A stretch of 64,000 bases of DNA from Callorhinchus milii (lineage: Eukaryota). A model generated the notes under the pieces. That model saw only the letters and a program-made list of their open reading frames with translations, searched no databases and had not been told where the DNA came from. Positions 23,831 through 36,592 of the stretch are shown piece after piece. The stretch lies in NCBI RefSeq assembly GCF_018977255.1, contig NW_024704742.1:11036001-11100000 (forward strand). The letters are read 5' to 3'. The stretch's first letter is position 1. The number at the start of each line of letters is the position of its first letter. Made by a program: the position numbers and the translations under genes.

Positions 23831-25879
23831 AGTTAGTTTCTGTTGCTGCTCTGTCACTGCTGCAAAGCATTGCACACTTCTGGTGTTCATTGTGCAGTTC
23901 ACAATTCCAGTGTGAATGCCAGTTATGAATGTAATTGATGGAGCATTGGGACCAGGAATCTATCGGCCTTGATGATGCTAACACCTCACCTGCCCTTTCC
24001 CACGCTGGGAAAACAAAATGTAGATCGTCATTGCGAAGAAACCTTTATGTACTCCTGTATGACACCACCAATTATTGCCTTTTTGTCCCCCCCACCTCGA
24101 GACAGATCAAGCTTACCATTTCTCCATTAGCCAGACATGGCCACAGTACTTTTTACCCACAAGAAGCTTGCCCCACATTACACACTGAAGGAATTCTGAC
24201 ACATTAACAGGAAAATGTAGCAAACCCGTACTTAGCTGTTAAGAAATTATTCAACTAAAAACATTTCTCTGTGGGGGGGAAAAAAATATCATCATAAGGG
24301 TATTGATACAATAGTTATTAAAAGAAACAGAGGGGAGGTGAGGAGAAATTTTTTGACAACAGAGTTTTTACTAAAAGTGCATTCATGTCATTCTGAACCA
24401 CATTTTATACCAGCCGATTCAATTGAGAAATGGTTATTGGGGTTAAAATTGTGGTAGTTCTTAATAATTCTGTTGCTTACCCAAGGAACATCTTTAAAAT
24501 GCGTTTTGCAATTACCAGTGTCTGCTTAACAATGGTTAGGCATTTAGCCTTCTACCCCTCTCTCTGGAATTCCATCCTCCATGCTCCCTCCTCTTAACTG
24601 GTTCAAGGTTTACCTCAAGACCTTCCTCTGACTGTTTCTTCAGGCTCCATTTCTCTCCCCATTCCCCTTGGCTCCCATCACTCACTCGATGCTAAACTAT
24701 GACTGTCGAGAGCGCCTTGGGATGTCCTACCAATTTTTATAGAGAAAGGCACTATATAAATGTTAATTTGTATTGTATCCAAATTTGCCTGAGATTTACT
24801 GGGTGCTGCCATCTTTGATTCCAACCTTTTCAGGTATATTGCCCCTGAACTGCTTCATGCCATCTGCCTACTCCACCCTATTTCCTCTGTCTCATCCCAA
24901 ATCTTCTGTGTTTTCACATCCTGCCTGAAGATCTCATTCTTGGACCGCCCATCCCCAACCTCTCCAGCTTTCTTCCTGCTCTGTCTTTGCAAGAACACAT
25001 ATTTTTATACCAAATTTGTGTTGAGTACAAAATTCAGAATTTGAAGTGGACAAAATAGCCTGGGAGTGATACAGACAGCAAACAAAAACAACAGAGCACA
25101 GCTCAATAAATAAGGCTGGATTTGTGAATTCAATTCAATATTCAAAAGAATATTAGAAAGTAAATGTTGCAACTTGTACCAAGACAAAAATAGTACCTGT
25201 GAGGTTGAAACAAATCCATTGTGGCAATAAACCCTAATTCACAATTACACCGGAGGATATTCTCTGCCAACAGCCCAGATAAAAGCTTCATTCCACTGAG
25301 GAAATTTCCTTTGTGCAGTCAGATAGAATTGCGATGCTTTTTAGCGAAACCATCCAAGGAGCTACTTTCCAAGTCTTGTTCATTTGTACCATATTTTGCT
25401 TTAGGTGTGTTCACTTATTTCCTGTGAAATATATTGAAACATGCCATATGAGAACGTGAATAGAGAATAGATTAAATTCATTATTCAGCTACAAAATACA
25501 GCTAATAAACTTTACAGTGTTTCTTAAGATGTGCTTTGAGATGTTTTGCCAATGTGATAAGGTGTTGTATCAAGTGCAAGTCTTATTATTATTATTATAA
25601 TCCAGCATCTTTCTATGGGGATGTCAGCATTGGGGCTCATATTCAGTTTGAGCATTGAGACTCCAGCATGTGGCGAGGTGCGTAACAGAAGTAGGGAGGA
25701 TAGAGGTTGCATTTACAGCGAGAATTGCATGTTTGGTTCAATTGTTCAATTGAAGTGATTTTTTTCTCATGAGGATGCAGCAAATCTAAAATCTGTGCAA
25801 AAACAGATTATTTGCCAGAACATTGTAGCTTCATCTTGTCTCAAAGAGCCTGAAGTGATCAGCGTACACCAGTTCGTAG

Positions 25880-26100
25880 CACACTCAGGTCAGGGTCAGA
25901 AGGTGTGGAGTCAAGCTCTACCCTGGCAACTCAGTCCATAGTTGAGGTTAATACTCCAATGTAGAACTGAGGAGTGTGGCTTTGTCCAAGGTGCCATCCT
26001 TTGGAAGAGATGTTGCATCTTTTGGATGAGATGGTAAATTGAGTTCCTGTCGACCTGTTCAGGTGGACGTTAAAGATCCTGTAATACAATTCAAAGAGAA
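25880..26100 (+). mobile_element. Old DeuSINE-like SINE, head and Deu core
   Basis: GGTCAGAAGGTGTGGAGTCAAG...GGTGCCATCCTTTGG...CCTGTTCAGGTGGACGTTAAAGATCC. Confidence 0.7.
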
Positions 26101-26127
26101 TTTCTCCTTGTGTTCAATGTTCTTCAT

Positions 26128-26362
26128 TGTTTGTGGGACACTGCTGTGTGCAATTGGCTGCTGCGTTTCGTCCACAAATATACAGTCAATTCATTTTACA
26201 GTATATTCTGTGAAACACTTTGAGACATCTAGAAGATGTGAAAAGTGCTATATCAAATGCAAGGATTATTATTATATTATTATTATATTCTGTGAAGCAC
26301 TTTGAGAGTCTCAAATATGTGTTAAGACCCTATATCAAATGCAAGGATGATTATTATTATTA
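26128..26362 (+). mobile_element. SINE 3' half with a tandemly repeated tail
   Basis: Body and tail to ~26285, then a second TATTCTGTGAAGCACTTTGAG...ATCAAATGCAAGGATGATTATTA. Confidence 0.85.
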
Positions 26363-27096
26363 CTTATACCCCATTTGATGGCTATATAAGTAGGACCTTG
26401 TTTTGTGTAAATCATGGCTGTATTTGCCTACAAATGCAGTTACTTTGTTTGTAGCTTTTGTAATATGTCAATTTAATAAGGTGCTATAAAAGATTCAAGT
26501 TCTTGAGTCGAATGATGTTAAGATGGACCTCCTCTACTGCCTCTTTGTGAAGGGTTTTGGTTTGCTGAATAGAGCAATGCAATCAATTCATTCATCTTCT
26601 CTGGTGTAAATCGCAAGTCTCCCTTCAAGAAAAATCTAGCAGTGAAATCTCTGTTTGACGTGACCAAGCATGTACTCTTTGTGGTGGGCGTGTATGAAGT
26701 CCTCAGCTGTCACTTGTAGGTTGACAGTACCTTCAATAGATAATTATGATCCCAAAGCTAATCTCAGAACCCATCAACCTGCTCAGATAGTAAAAGAAAT
26801 GTGTTTTGAGATGAACTTGTCTTGTGACGGTTCAGGAAATTTAGCACTAGTCAGTTGGACTATTTTGCTCAGTATTGCTGATTACCTGCATGACCAAGTG
26901 CTAAGCTTCTTTCCTGGCACTATGCTTAGGAATGACATTAAGTCCCAGGACATTATTGCGTGTACTATGTGGCCATCTCGTGCTCTGCAAAGTATCAATC
27001 TTGCCCATGCTCTCTGTCATTTTCTCAGGGGCTCATCTCTTCCTGTTGTCACTTAGCTTTTTATAGGGTCATCACCACACTTCCAGGTTGAGCCTA

Positions 27097-27444
27097 TAAT
27101 AATAATAATCCTTGCATTTGATATAGTGCCTCATCATGCCTTCGAGGCATCTCAAAGCTCTTCGCAGAACATAATGTAAAGTGAATTGACTGTAAATTTT
27201 GTAACCGACTCGCGGCAGCCAATTGCGCACAGCAGTGTCCCACAAACAGTGCTAATTTTTTTTAAAAGGTTTTATTACCCCGGAAAATTGATCCGCCAAT
27301 CGACTAACAACTGGGTTCCTACTTACTGCTAGGTAAACAGAGGCGTGTGGAGTAAGGAAATTTGCCCAATGTTTCGCCCTGCCAGGAATCGAACCTGGGT
27401 CCTCTCGCTTGCGAGGCGAGTGCCCTAACCACTGAGCTACAGGA
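27097..27444 (-). mobile_element. tRNA-derived SINE, long subfamily, near full length
   Basis: A box, B box (GGTTCGATTCC), internal CTGTTTACCTAGCAGTAAGTAGGAACC segment, tail. Confidence 0.92.
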
Positions 27445-28214
27445 TAGAGCAGCTCAGCTTTCCAGCCAACGGTGAGACAAAATCCTACAAAGCTGCCTGA
27501 AATGCTTTTGCACCTAACAGAGGATGAATTCCTTGCCTGTCCACTGAACCTATGATGGTATTGAGAGATGTCTTTTCATGTGGAAACTTTTATGTGGAAG
27601 TATTCATAATGAAAGAATAGAACAACACTTTGTACAAGACAATAATAGTAATTTGAGGCTTAATGTTGCTGCAAACCTCCAGTGATTTGCTTGCAAAGAG
27701 TAACCTTCCACTGAACTATCTTAAATTCTACTCATACTTCTGTTACTTTATAAAAAAGCTTTCTTAATCAACTAGGACCAAGAATGCATTTACATAAATT
27801 AAAACTTCTCATAAATAATTCACTTGTATTCCCGGTAACATTTTAATCTTTATGACTCAAAGACCTGAATAATGTATGGGTAAGTATCATTTATTTATAT
27901 GAAGACTAATTTTAATAACTTTTTTTTATCAAAGAAGTGTGTGGTATTTTCAATTGTTGGCTGCCAATAAACATATCTGCTAGCCCTTTGTTGCTTCATA
28001 AATAAAAGTAAAACAGGAGCTGGTACTTCCCCTGTTCCAAATCAGCTTTCTGCCTTTAATTATGGATATGGATTCCTTATGCAGAAAGGGGAAGTGCATT
28101 TTACTATTAACGTAAGAGCATGTAGTCTTATTTAATTTTCATTTGGCAGCACAATCTGAATGTCTGTTGTAGCAATATCAATCTTACTCTTTTTGTCAAG
28201 TTGAAAAGCAATCT

Positions 28215-28825
28215 CAGCCCCCCTCCTTTTTCCAATTCACATGCTCGCTCTTGGTGATATCATCCGCAGACATGGGGTCAACTTCCACATGTGTGCGGAT
28301 GATACTCAAATCTATTTTTACTCCTCCAGTCGCAACCCGAGTACTATCAATGTTCTGACTACCTGCTTGTCTGACATCAAGCTTGGATGAGTGCCAACTT
28401 TCTGCAGCTGAACATGGACAAGACTAAAGCCATCCTCCTTGGCTCCCATCAATATCTTCTCACCTGTGGTTCTGAACTCCTTAATCTTCCCTGCCTATCC
28501 CTCAGATTCGCTGAACCTGTACACAACCTTGGCATCATGTTCAATCTCCAGTTATCCTTCCTACTCCACATTTGATCCCTGACCAGGACTGTACTACATT
28601 GCCTGCCTTCACCCCTGTCTTAATTCCAATGCTGCTGAAAATCTTCATTCATTCCCATCACCTCAGTTTTTCCCAAGCTTCACTGACTCCCTGTTGCAGA
28701 ATGGATTCATTTCAAGATCCTCACTCTACTGTGTGCTGCCTTCGCTCAGCAGGCTGAGGAGGTTATGCAGTCCCACATCTCCTCTGTTGCGCCATCAGTG
28801 GCTGTGCTTTCAGCTGCTGTCCCTT
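28215..28825 (+). mobile_element. L2 LINE reverse transcriptase fragment (pseudogenised)
   Basis: PLLFPIHMLALGDIIRRHGVNFHMCADDTQIY, then WMSANFLQLNMDKTKAILLGS and NLGIMFN. Confidence 0.9.
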
Positions 28826-29131
28826 TCACGCAGGATACGTGTCAGAGCCCAGTACAATGGAAAGGTTGAACAGCAAGTCAGGAAGAGGGAGGATGGAGGG
28901 AGGGGAGGTAACTGTTGGTGTGGTCGAAGAGATAAATCTTAAGGAGGGATATAACGATAAAGAGGGGATTTAGGCAGAAGGATAGAAGCCGGGAATTCCA
29001 TAGCATTTACAGCGTGAATCATTGTTGAAACCAATTTGAAGTGGCCAATATTCATGTTTAAGCCCAGATAACAAGTACTGATAGGTTACATAGATTTGGA
29101 TAGACCGTACACCACGGTAACCGGCCATTCA

Positions 29132-29291
29132 GCGATCTGCCAATTGACTAACAACCGGGTTCCTACTTACTAATAGGTAAACAGAGACGTGTGGAGTAAG
29201 GAAACTTGCACAACATTTCACCCTGCCAGGAATCAAACCTATGTCTCTTGCTTGCGAGGCAAGTGTTTTAACCACTGAGCTACAGGACTCC
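29132..29291 (-). mobile_element. SINE 5' half
   Basis: Head GGAGTCCTGTAGCTCAGTGG through the long-subfamily internal segment. Confidence 0.88.
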
Positions 29292-29424
29292 ACAAAACCA
29301 CTTTGGGCATTGAATTCCACATTCTTGCTACCCTCAGTGTGAAGAAATTCCTCCTAAATTCTTCTAGTACAGTCAAGGTCAGCCCTGGTATGACACCCCT
29401 TCCCAGCATGGGATCACTATACAA

Positions 29425-29585
29425 CAATAATAATAATAGTAATAATCCATGCATTTGATATAGCGCCTTATCATGTCTTCGAGAAGTCTCCAAGCACTTC
29501 ACAGGATACACTGTAAAACACACTGTAAAGTGTAGCCACTGTGTATTTTGTGGGCAAAATGCGGCAGGGAATTGTGCACAGCCAT
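29425..29585 (-). mobile_element. SINE 3' half
   Basis: Tail and body on the reverse strand. Confidence 0.82.
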
Positions 29586-30309
29586 GTTTGATCACAATGA
29601 TCAGAAGTGAGAATCCAGCCAATGTTTTCTCCTCCCAAAGACAGGGGCGCAGAGGCCAGTTGGAGCAAACATGCCGTTCTCCTGATTGAGAGCAAACGTA
29701 TTTTGTTCAATTCAACCTGTATTGCACTTTATGGCAATTCACCACGAACAGTGGACTCAAAATGTAACATGAGAGAAAAAGTAACCTATAATTTTCTCTT
29801 GGAATGTTTAAAAAAGCAATGTAATTTACACTGATGAGTGATCTTTTTCACTGAATCTTCACTATGCACAGTCTCATTCCAAAATCTTGGAAAAAAATCA
29901 TTTTAGTGATATGGTGGGCTGAAATTCAATTTGCTCTTACATTAGGGGCCTTTGGAGACATTGGCCTGTTATGGGATTTTCCCATTATAATCACATCCTG
30001 ATTTGGTTCTAGATTTGCTCTGGCTATGTAACATGGCCAGAATTGTCCAGAATTGAGCACATTGTAGAATTTAGTTCTTAACTTCAAATAAAATTGGTCA
30101 TTCACTTCATGCTGTTTGTGAGATATTGCAGTGTGCAAATTGGTTCTGCATTAGCCTGCAAAATACAGAGTCACTACACTTTACAGTATAACCTATGAAG
30201 TGCTTTGAGCCATCCTTCCGACATGAAAGGCACTATATCAAATCAAAGGATTATTATCACATTAAAGGTGCTAAGCACCACATTTTGTGGAATGGAGATT
30301 CAAATGTTA

Positions 30310-30575
30310 TGGGAAGTTTCCTTACGCCTCTGTTTACCTAGCAGTAAATAGGAAGCTGGTTGTTAGTCGATTGGCGGGTCACTTTTCCTGGACTAGTAAT
30401 TCCTTCAAAAAATTGTTTTTTACTGTTATTTGGTCACTCAATCCACGACTGTTTGTGGGAGACTGCTGTGCACAATTGGCAGCTGTGTTTCGCCTACAAA
30501 ATATAGTCAATTCTGTTTATAGTATATTCTATGAAGTGCTTTGGGACAACTTGAAGACATGATCAGGCGCTATAT
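30310..30575 (+). mobile_element. SINE, long subfamily, host of a nested younger SINE
   Basis: Ends ...AGGCGCTATAT at 30575; the remainder TATCAAATGCAAG resumes at ~30889. Confidence 0.85.
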
Positions 30576-30890
30576 GGAGTCCTGTAGCTCAGTGGTTAGA
30601 GCACTCGCTTTGCAAGTGAGAGACCTGAGTTCAATTCCAGGCAGGGCGAAACCTTGGGCAAGTTTCCTTACTCCACACGCCTAATAATAATCCCTCCAAA
30701 ACCAAAAACAATAATAAATTGGTCATTTTCATCTACGACTGTTTGTGGGACATTGCTGTGCGCAATTGGCTGCCGCGTTCGCCCACAAATATACAGTCAA
30801 TTCACTTTACAGTGTGTTCTGTGAAGCGCTTTGGGACGTCCTCCCGACGTGAAAAGCGCTATATCAAATGCAAGGATTATTATTATTATA
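30576..30890 (+). mobile_element. tRNA-Ala-derived SINE, full length, young short subfamily
   Basis: Intact A and B boxes, CTCGC-TT-TGC-AA-GTGAG anticodon arm, CpGs retained, L2-like 3' stem-loop. Confidence 0.93.
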
Positions 30891-32799
30891 TCAAATGCAA
30901 GTGTTATTATTATCTAATGCATTAATACAGAATAATACAGAGGGAAATCCTGTGGCCTGCAACATTGAACATGGTCAGCACGTCCCAGAAGAAGTATTTG
31001 AATTTGATTATTTTATAGCCTCCATGTCACCAAATGATCAGTAAGTAAACCAGTAATTCATGGTCCTCTGTGAACACCACTGTAGATGAGCTTCCTGTCA
31101 GAGCACGGCTGGTAGTGTGCAAATTGGAAACGAGGTGAAGCAGCATTTTTACAAGATGCTGCTGATGGCAGCAATGGATTGGATCATCTGTTGTCAAAGG
31201 GGTTAGAGATGCATGTATTTCAATTTACCACTGGCACACTGGCAGCCAAAATAAATTACTGCAATGACTTATGTGGTTGTTTTGGATGCAGGCCAATATC
31301 CCCTTTATCATTGGAGGATCCTGTCTCGAAGTGGTTTGTTTGATTGCTTTTCATACAGCTAAAACTATTGACTGGAGTCATTTAGCTGTATACATGGGTC
31401 TCCTGTATGTATGACTTTCATACTGCACTAATATAGCTTTGAACATTTGCCTACTGTGGTCACTTGAGATTGATATCAACTAAGATAAGTTGCCTCATGA
31501 ACCTCATTCCAATTTTCAAATGCCTCCATACCCTAGTCTCACCTTATCTCTGTGATTTCCTGTGTCCCATTCTACCCCTCCACTCACATAACTCTAACCT
31601 TCTCCATGTTGCCCCACTCCAGCTAGCAAACCTACAGTCTGAACCAACCTGGCCCTCCCCTTTTCTGTAACTCTCTTCTGAAAACCCTCTACCTTCACTC
31701 TCATTCTCCGCTTGAAATCCCTTCTAATAATCCACTTCTTTGAATGCACTTTCGGTCATCTCCTTCCCTGCTATCTCCCACCCAACCTGGGTTTCCACTC
31801 CATCTCTGTAAAGACCTTTGAGAAATGATTTCAAGTTATCAAATCCAATTTTCTGACCTTAAAAAGAGCAAAAAATAAAGAAATAATGTATGTGTTACAC
31901 AGTAAATGAATTGTGTGTACACACATTTTTATATATTATTTAATATATCTAGATTATACAAGAATGTCTTATGATTTCCAATGCACAGTGATATTGTACA
32001 GCTCTATAGCGTACTGTTCTCTTACAATCTCAGCTGAATTCAGACTTTACAGATGCTGACTTCACTTCCCCAGGTGTCAGAGCTGGTAATCTCATCAGAT
32101 TCCAGCTATGAACTGAGGAGGATCAGTTGAAGCACTGTGTATTGTGACTGAATTAAGAGTGTCAAAAGCAATGGTTAGAGGGTGAGAAAGCCATATTTTT
32201 CAAGTGAGTTTAAGTGCAACACAGTTACAACAGTAATTGTAATGTTTTACAATATAGTGGATCCTCCTACTCTTCATTTCATTCATGGATATGTACACTG
32301 TGAATATGAGTGTCCCTGTCTCATTAACTTTCCTATCATCCGTTTCAATTGACAGTTCATTATAAGGATGGATTGTGCAAGATTAATGACCAATCAGGGT
32401 ACTTTTATGTGAGGATAGTTCCCCAATGTGACATTGTTAGTAGGAATCATTGTCTATTTTTAGAATGTCACAATGCACAAATGCATAACTGATGTAATTC
32501 TATGAGCCAATGGGAAACTGACACGATTGACAGCTTAACACCTGGAGAAGATGTCAAAAGGAAATGTAGTGTTTACTTGCAAACACCACTGCAAGTGTCT
32601 GAGATAGTGAATCTCAGTGAATGAGCTGTCATTAGGCTCATCCAGAGCTGCAGGTTAATGAGCCAGTTAGTATTACAGTACAGGAAAAGGCTTGCAGTGT
32701 ATTGCAGATGAGTTGGCAGCCCACATGTTGGGCTGTCATTGAACTTATTTGATGGTTGTCTGTAGGATCAGATGCACTATGAACCAAAAAAACTCTCTA

Positions 32800-32985
32800 A
32801 ATAACAATAATTTGGTCACTCAATCCACATCTGTTTGTGAGGCACTGTTGTGTGCAATTGGCTGCCACGTTTCGCCCACAAAATATAAGATCAATTCACG
32901 TTACAGTATAATCTGTGAAGTAATCCGAGACATCTCGAAGATGTGATAAGGTGATATACCAAATGCAAGGATTACTATTATTATT
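32800..32985 (+). mobile_element. SINE 3' half
   Basis: TTGGTCACTCAATCCAC...AAATGCAAGGATTACTATTA. Confidence 0.85.
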
Positions 32986-33039
32986 AATATTTGCAGCCTC
33001 TCCATTAATTGCTGCTCAAGCTTTGAGCTCGTAGCCCAA

Positions 33040-33390
33040 GTTGACAGTGCAGTGCAGAGGGAGTGCTATAGTGTCAGAGATGCCATTAATTTAATAAAAC
33101 GTTTAACCGAGTATGCCTGTTTTGGGAGAAAGTTTTAAGATCCCATGGCACAACTCAAAAAAAGAAGAGCGTTCCTCACCATGATTTGACTAACAGTCCT
33201 TCAGGTTAAAATTAGTTATTCACTTCATGGCTGTTATTATTGTGCACAAATTGGCTGCTGTGTTTGCCTACATATAGTCTCTAGACTTCACAGTATAATA
33301 ATAATATAATAAAATCCTGTGAAGCTCTTTGAAAGGTTTCAAGCTTTTGATACAGGCACAGTATAAATACAAGGATTATTGTTGTTATTG
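33040..33390 (+). mobile_element. Old DeuSINE-like SINE
   Basis: GAGGGAGTGCT...ACGTTTAACCGAG...AGATCCCATGGCAC...GTGCACAAATTGGCTGCTG. Confidence 0.7.
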
Positions 33391-34442
33391 CCTCAAGTTT
33401 TCTTTATAGTCTAACGTCAAATCCCTGCTACTATTTTTGTTTGTTGGAGTCAATTTTACACTGTAGAATCTAATATCTAAAATTCAGGACACCACCAAGG
33501 TTGAACAATTAAGAAAATATGATATAAATGCAGAAATTATACTTGGCCAGTTCCAAACTTGGGTTTAAACACCTATAAATTATAGGATGAAGAGAAGATT
33601 AAGAGATTTAAGGAAATCTATAGGAATGAGTTATTGGGAAAAAGTCAGAGTCATGCTGAGTATTGATGTCAATGCAGTGAGGATACTTAGTTGACGAAGA
33701 ACGTTGTGGTGGTGTATTGAAGCTCAGGCAGAACAGGAGAGTAAGGTTTAGAGATTCAATAACCGTAGTTGTATTAATATCAAAATACACTAAAAACGAT
33801 GGGATGAGAGAGTGGTTAGAGCTGATTGGTGAAATGAGGATCATCTTTTAGACAGTGAGCTTGTTCTTTTACCCCACCCAGGAACGTGAGAGCTCCCCAG
33901 ATATATGCATTGAGGTCTAAAACACAGATGTACACAAACTGGCTTTAAGTTGCTAACAACAAATTTTGATTGTGAGTTTCCCAAAATGGCGAATTACTAT
34001 TCCCAAAATGACAAAATCTACATAGAACCTGGCAAGATAGATTTGGTCATTTACTACTGCCATTTCACTCACCAGCCTTTTTGCCGTATTGGTAATTCAG
34101 GATTCACAATTTGCCATCTGTGAATCTGCCAAAAAATCTCACACCTAATGTATGTAAAACAATGTCGCAATCAAAGCAATGAGTCCTAGTTTATAAAAAT
34201 GGCAATTTTGATTCTCCTGTTCATTTTGTCTTCACTCTGGTTCCATCGTAACAAATCTGTGTGCAACATATGACAGTCAATTTTGATGACTATCACTTTC
34301 AGCATGCAAGCCACAATCATGAACAGAAAATAGCAACACTGTGGATAAGCTTTCGCTTTAGTATGATTTTCTTTTCCTGTAAGAAGTTATCACTGATTGG
34401 TTATCACATCGCAATGCAATGGTTCCATCATTCTCTGCACTT

Positions 34443-34650
34443 TAATAATAATAGTAATCCTTGCATTTGATATAGCGCTTTATCATATCGTCGAGACATC
34501 TCAAAGCACTTCACAGAATATACTGTAAAGTGAATTGACTGTTTTTTTGTGGGTGAAATGCGGCAGCCAATTGAGCATAGCAGTGTCCCACACATAGTCA
34601 TGTGACCAATTTATTATTATTAATTGTATTTGAAGGAACTATTACAAGCT
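34443..34650 (-). mobile_element. SINE 3' half
   Basis: Tail and body on the reverse strand. Confidence 0.85.
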
Positions 34651-35239
34651 GCTTAAATGCCATCAGTAACCCAACACACACTCTGGGGTACCCAAGCCTT
34701 AGAACCAAAGAAATTTACAGCACAGAAGAATGCCATTCAACCCATCTTGCCTGTGCCTAATACCCAGGTGCTATTTTATGTACAGAATGAAAAAATGCAG
34801 TGTGTGATGTGCTATCAGTAATTATCGTCACCAGTGCTATCCTTAGTGATAATTATCATATTTCGCCCCCAACTATCCAAAGGTCTGTTTTAAAAAATGG
34901 TTGATACGAATGAAAATAAAGTGTTCAATTGGGTTTGACTAAACACATTATTGTGCTTTTTAAAGGAAAACGATTATATTGTGTTCTGAAATGTACCACC
35001 CCTCCTCCCTGATTTATAAGTAACAAGACAAGAGTAGCCAAACCCTTTTGAAAAACCCTTGGCACTGCTATCTTCGATTTGCAGAGAAGGGATAAATGGC
35101 CTTTCTGACCTTATTCAGTGGAAACCAAAATAGGAAGGGCACAAAAGGCAGGGGTTTTCCTACAAAACAGAGAGTAAATCCTGTGAAATACTTTGAGACA
35201 TCTTCATACCATGAAAAATACAACAATTTTTATTAGTGT

Positions 35240-35625
35240 GGAGTCCTGTAGCTTAGTGGAGTCCAGTAGCTCAGTGGTTAGAGCATTCGCCTTGCAAACG
35301 AGAGACCTGGGTTCGATTCCTGGCAGGGCGAAACATTGGGGAAGTTTCCTTACTCCACACGCCTCTGTTTACCTAGCAGTATGTAGGAACCTGTTTGACA
35401 GTCGATTGACGGGTTGCTTTTTCGGAGGTAATAATCCCTTCTAAAAATAATAATAATGTCGTCACTCAATCAACGACTGTTTGTGGGACACTGCTGTGCA
35501 CAATTGGCTGCCACATCTTGCCCACAAAATATATAGTTAATTCATTTACAGTATATTCTGTGAAGTGCTTTGAGACGTCTCAAAGACGTGATAAGGTGCT
35601 ATATCACATGCAAATATTATTACTA
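35240..35625 (+). mobile_element. tRNA-derived SINE, long subfamily, with duplicated 5' 18 nt
   Basis: GGAGTCCTGTAGCTTAGT followed by GGAGTCCAGTAGCTCAGTGG and a complete element. Confidence 0.9.
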
Positions 35626-36423
35626 TGATTATTAGTTATTTAGATACATATGAATATATTAGGGAAGTGCTTAAAAACAACTTACTTGGTTTTGGATGTT
35701 TTCTATTGGAAATAGTGTTTTCATGTGAGTGTTTTACTTACAAATACTTTTCTTGCTATGGCCTGCTAGATTGTCCAAAGCTATGGCCTGCATTTATCAA
35801 ATGGCAAATAAAACTGGTGCAGATTGAAATGCAGTATCCATAATGTGATATTCTCAAAACATGTTGTTAATTGCAATTTAGGGATTTTGACTTCTGGTTT
35901 CAATATCAGATTGCAAAATTCAAGGCTGGTAAATTGGGAATACAAAGGCAGCAACATATTCACAAACCAGTGGTTGCAATTAACACAGATTTGATCTGTG
36001 AATATTAACTTTTAGGCTCCTTTATATGCTTTAATTGCTGTATAATTTTTATTCCAACCTTATAAAAAACAATATTGAATTGTATTTATTTCCATAGGAT
36101 CCGTACAGGCCAGCTCACTCTGAGCTGCATGCAGTGCAGCTTTCTGACTGCACTCTCTCCAGTGCCTTTCATCGTCAGCATCTGGGTCTCTGTCACTGTG
36201 ATACTTTAGCTTTTTCCAAATTGTATTTGCAGATGAGTTCACTGGAAGCTGAAACATGATCTATTATTTATAACTTTGACTTTTGTTTTTCATTGCTGTG
36301 GCAGTGTAGGTTCACATTTGGTGAAACAGTTCTGCATTACGTTACCCTCCCAGGCCACAGTGTATGTTTGCAGAATACAGAATCTCAAAGATGCATCTCA
36401 ACTTGTATATTTCAAATGCAATT

Positions 36424-36592
36424 AATAATAATAAATAATAATCCTTGCATTTGATATAGAGCCTTATCATGTCTTCGAAACATCTCAAAGCACTTCACAG
36501 AATATGCTGTAAAGTAAATTGACTGTATATTTTGTGGGTGAAATTCAGCAGCCAATTGCGCACAGTAGTGTCCTACAAACAGTCGTGGATTA
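36424..36592 (-). mobile_element. SINE 3' half
   Basis: Tail and body on the reverse strand. Confidence 0.85.

Noticed and set aside
26670-27056. 128-aa ORF in unique sequence
   Set aside because: No recognisable motif, splice context or coding-like composition; this length can arise by chance in 64 kb.
30576-30650. tRNA-Ala(TGC)-like cloverleaf as a real tRNA gene
   Set aside because: It continues directly into a SINE body, occurs in many diverged copies and has no Pol III terminator after the acceptor stem.
36098-36260. GC-richer block after a TTTCCATAG acceptor-like site
   Set aside because: No frame on either strand gave a recognisable protein and no matching donor was evident.
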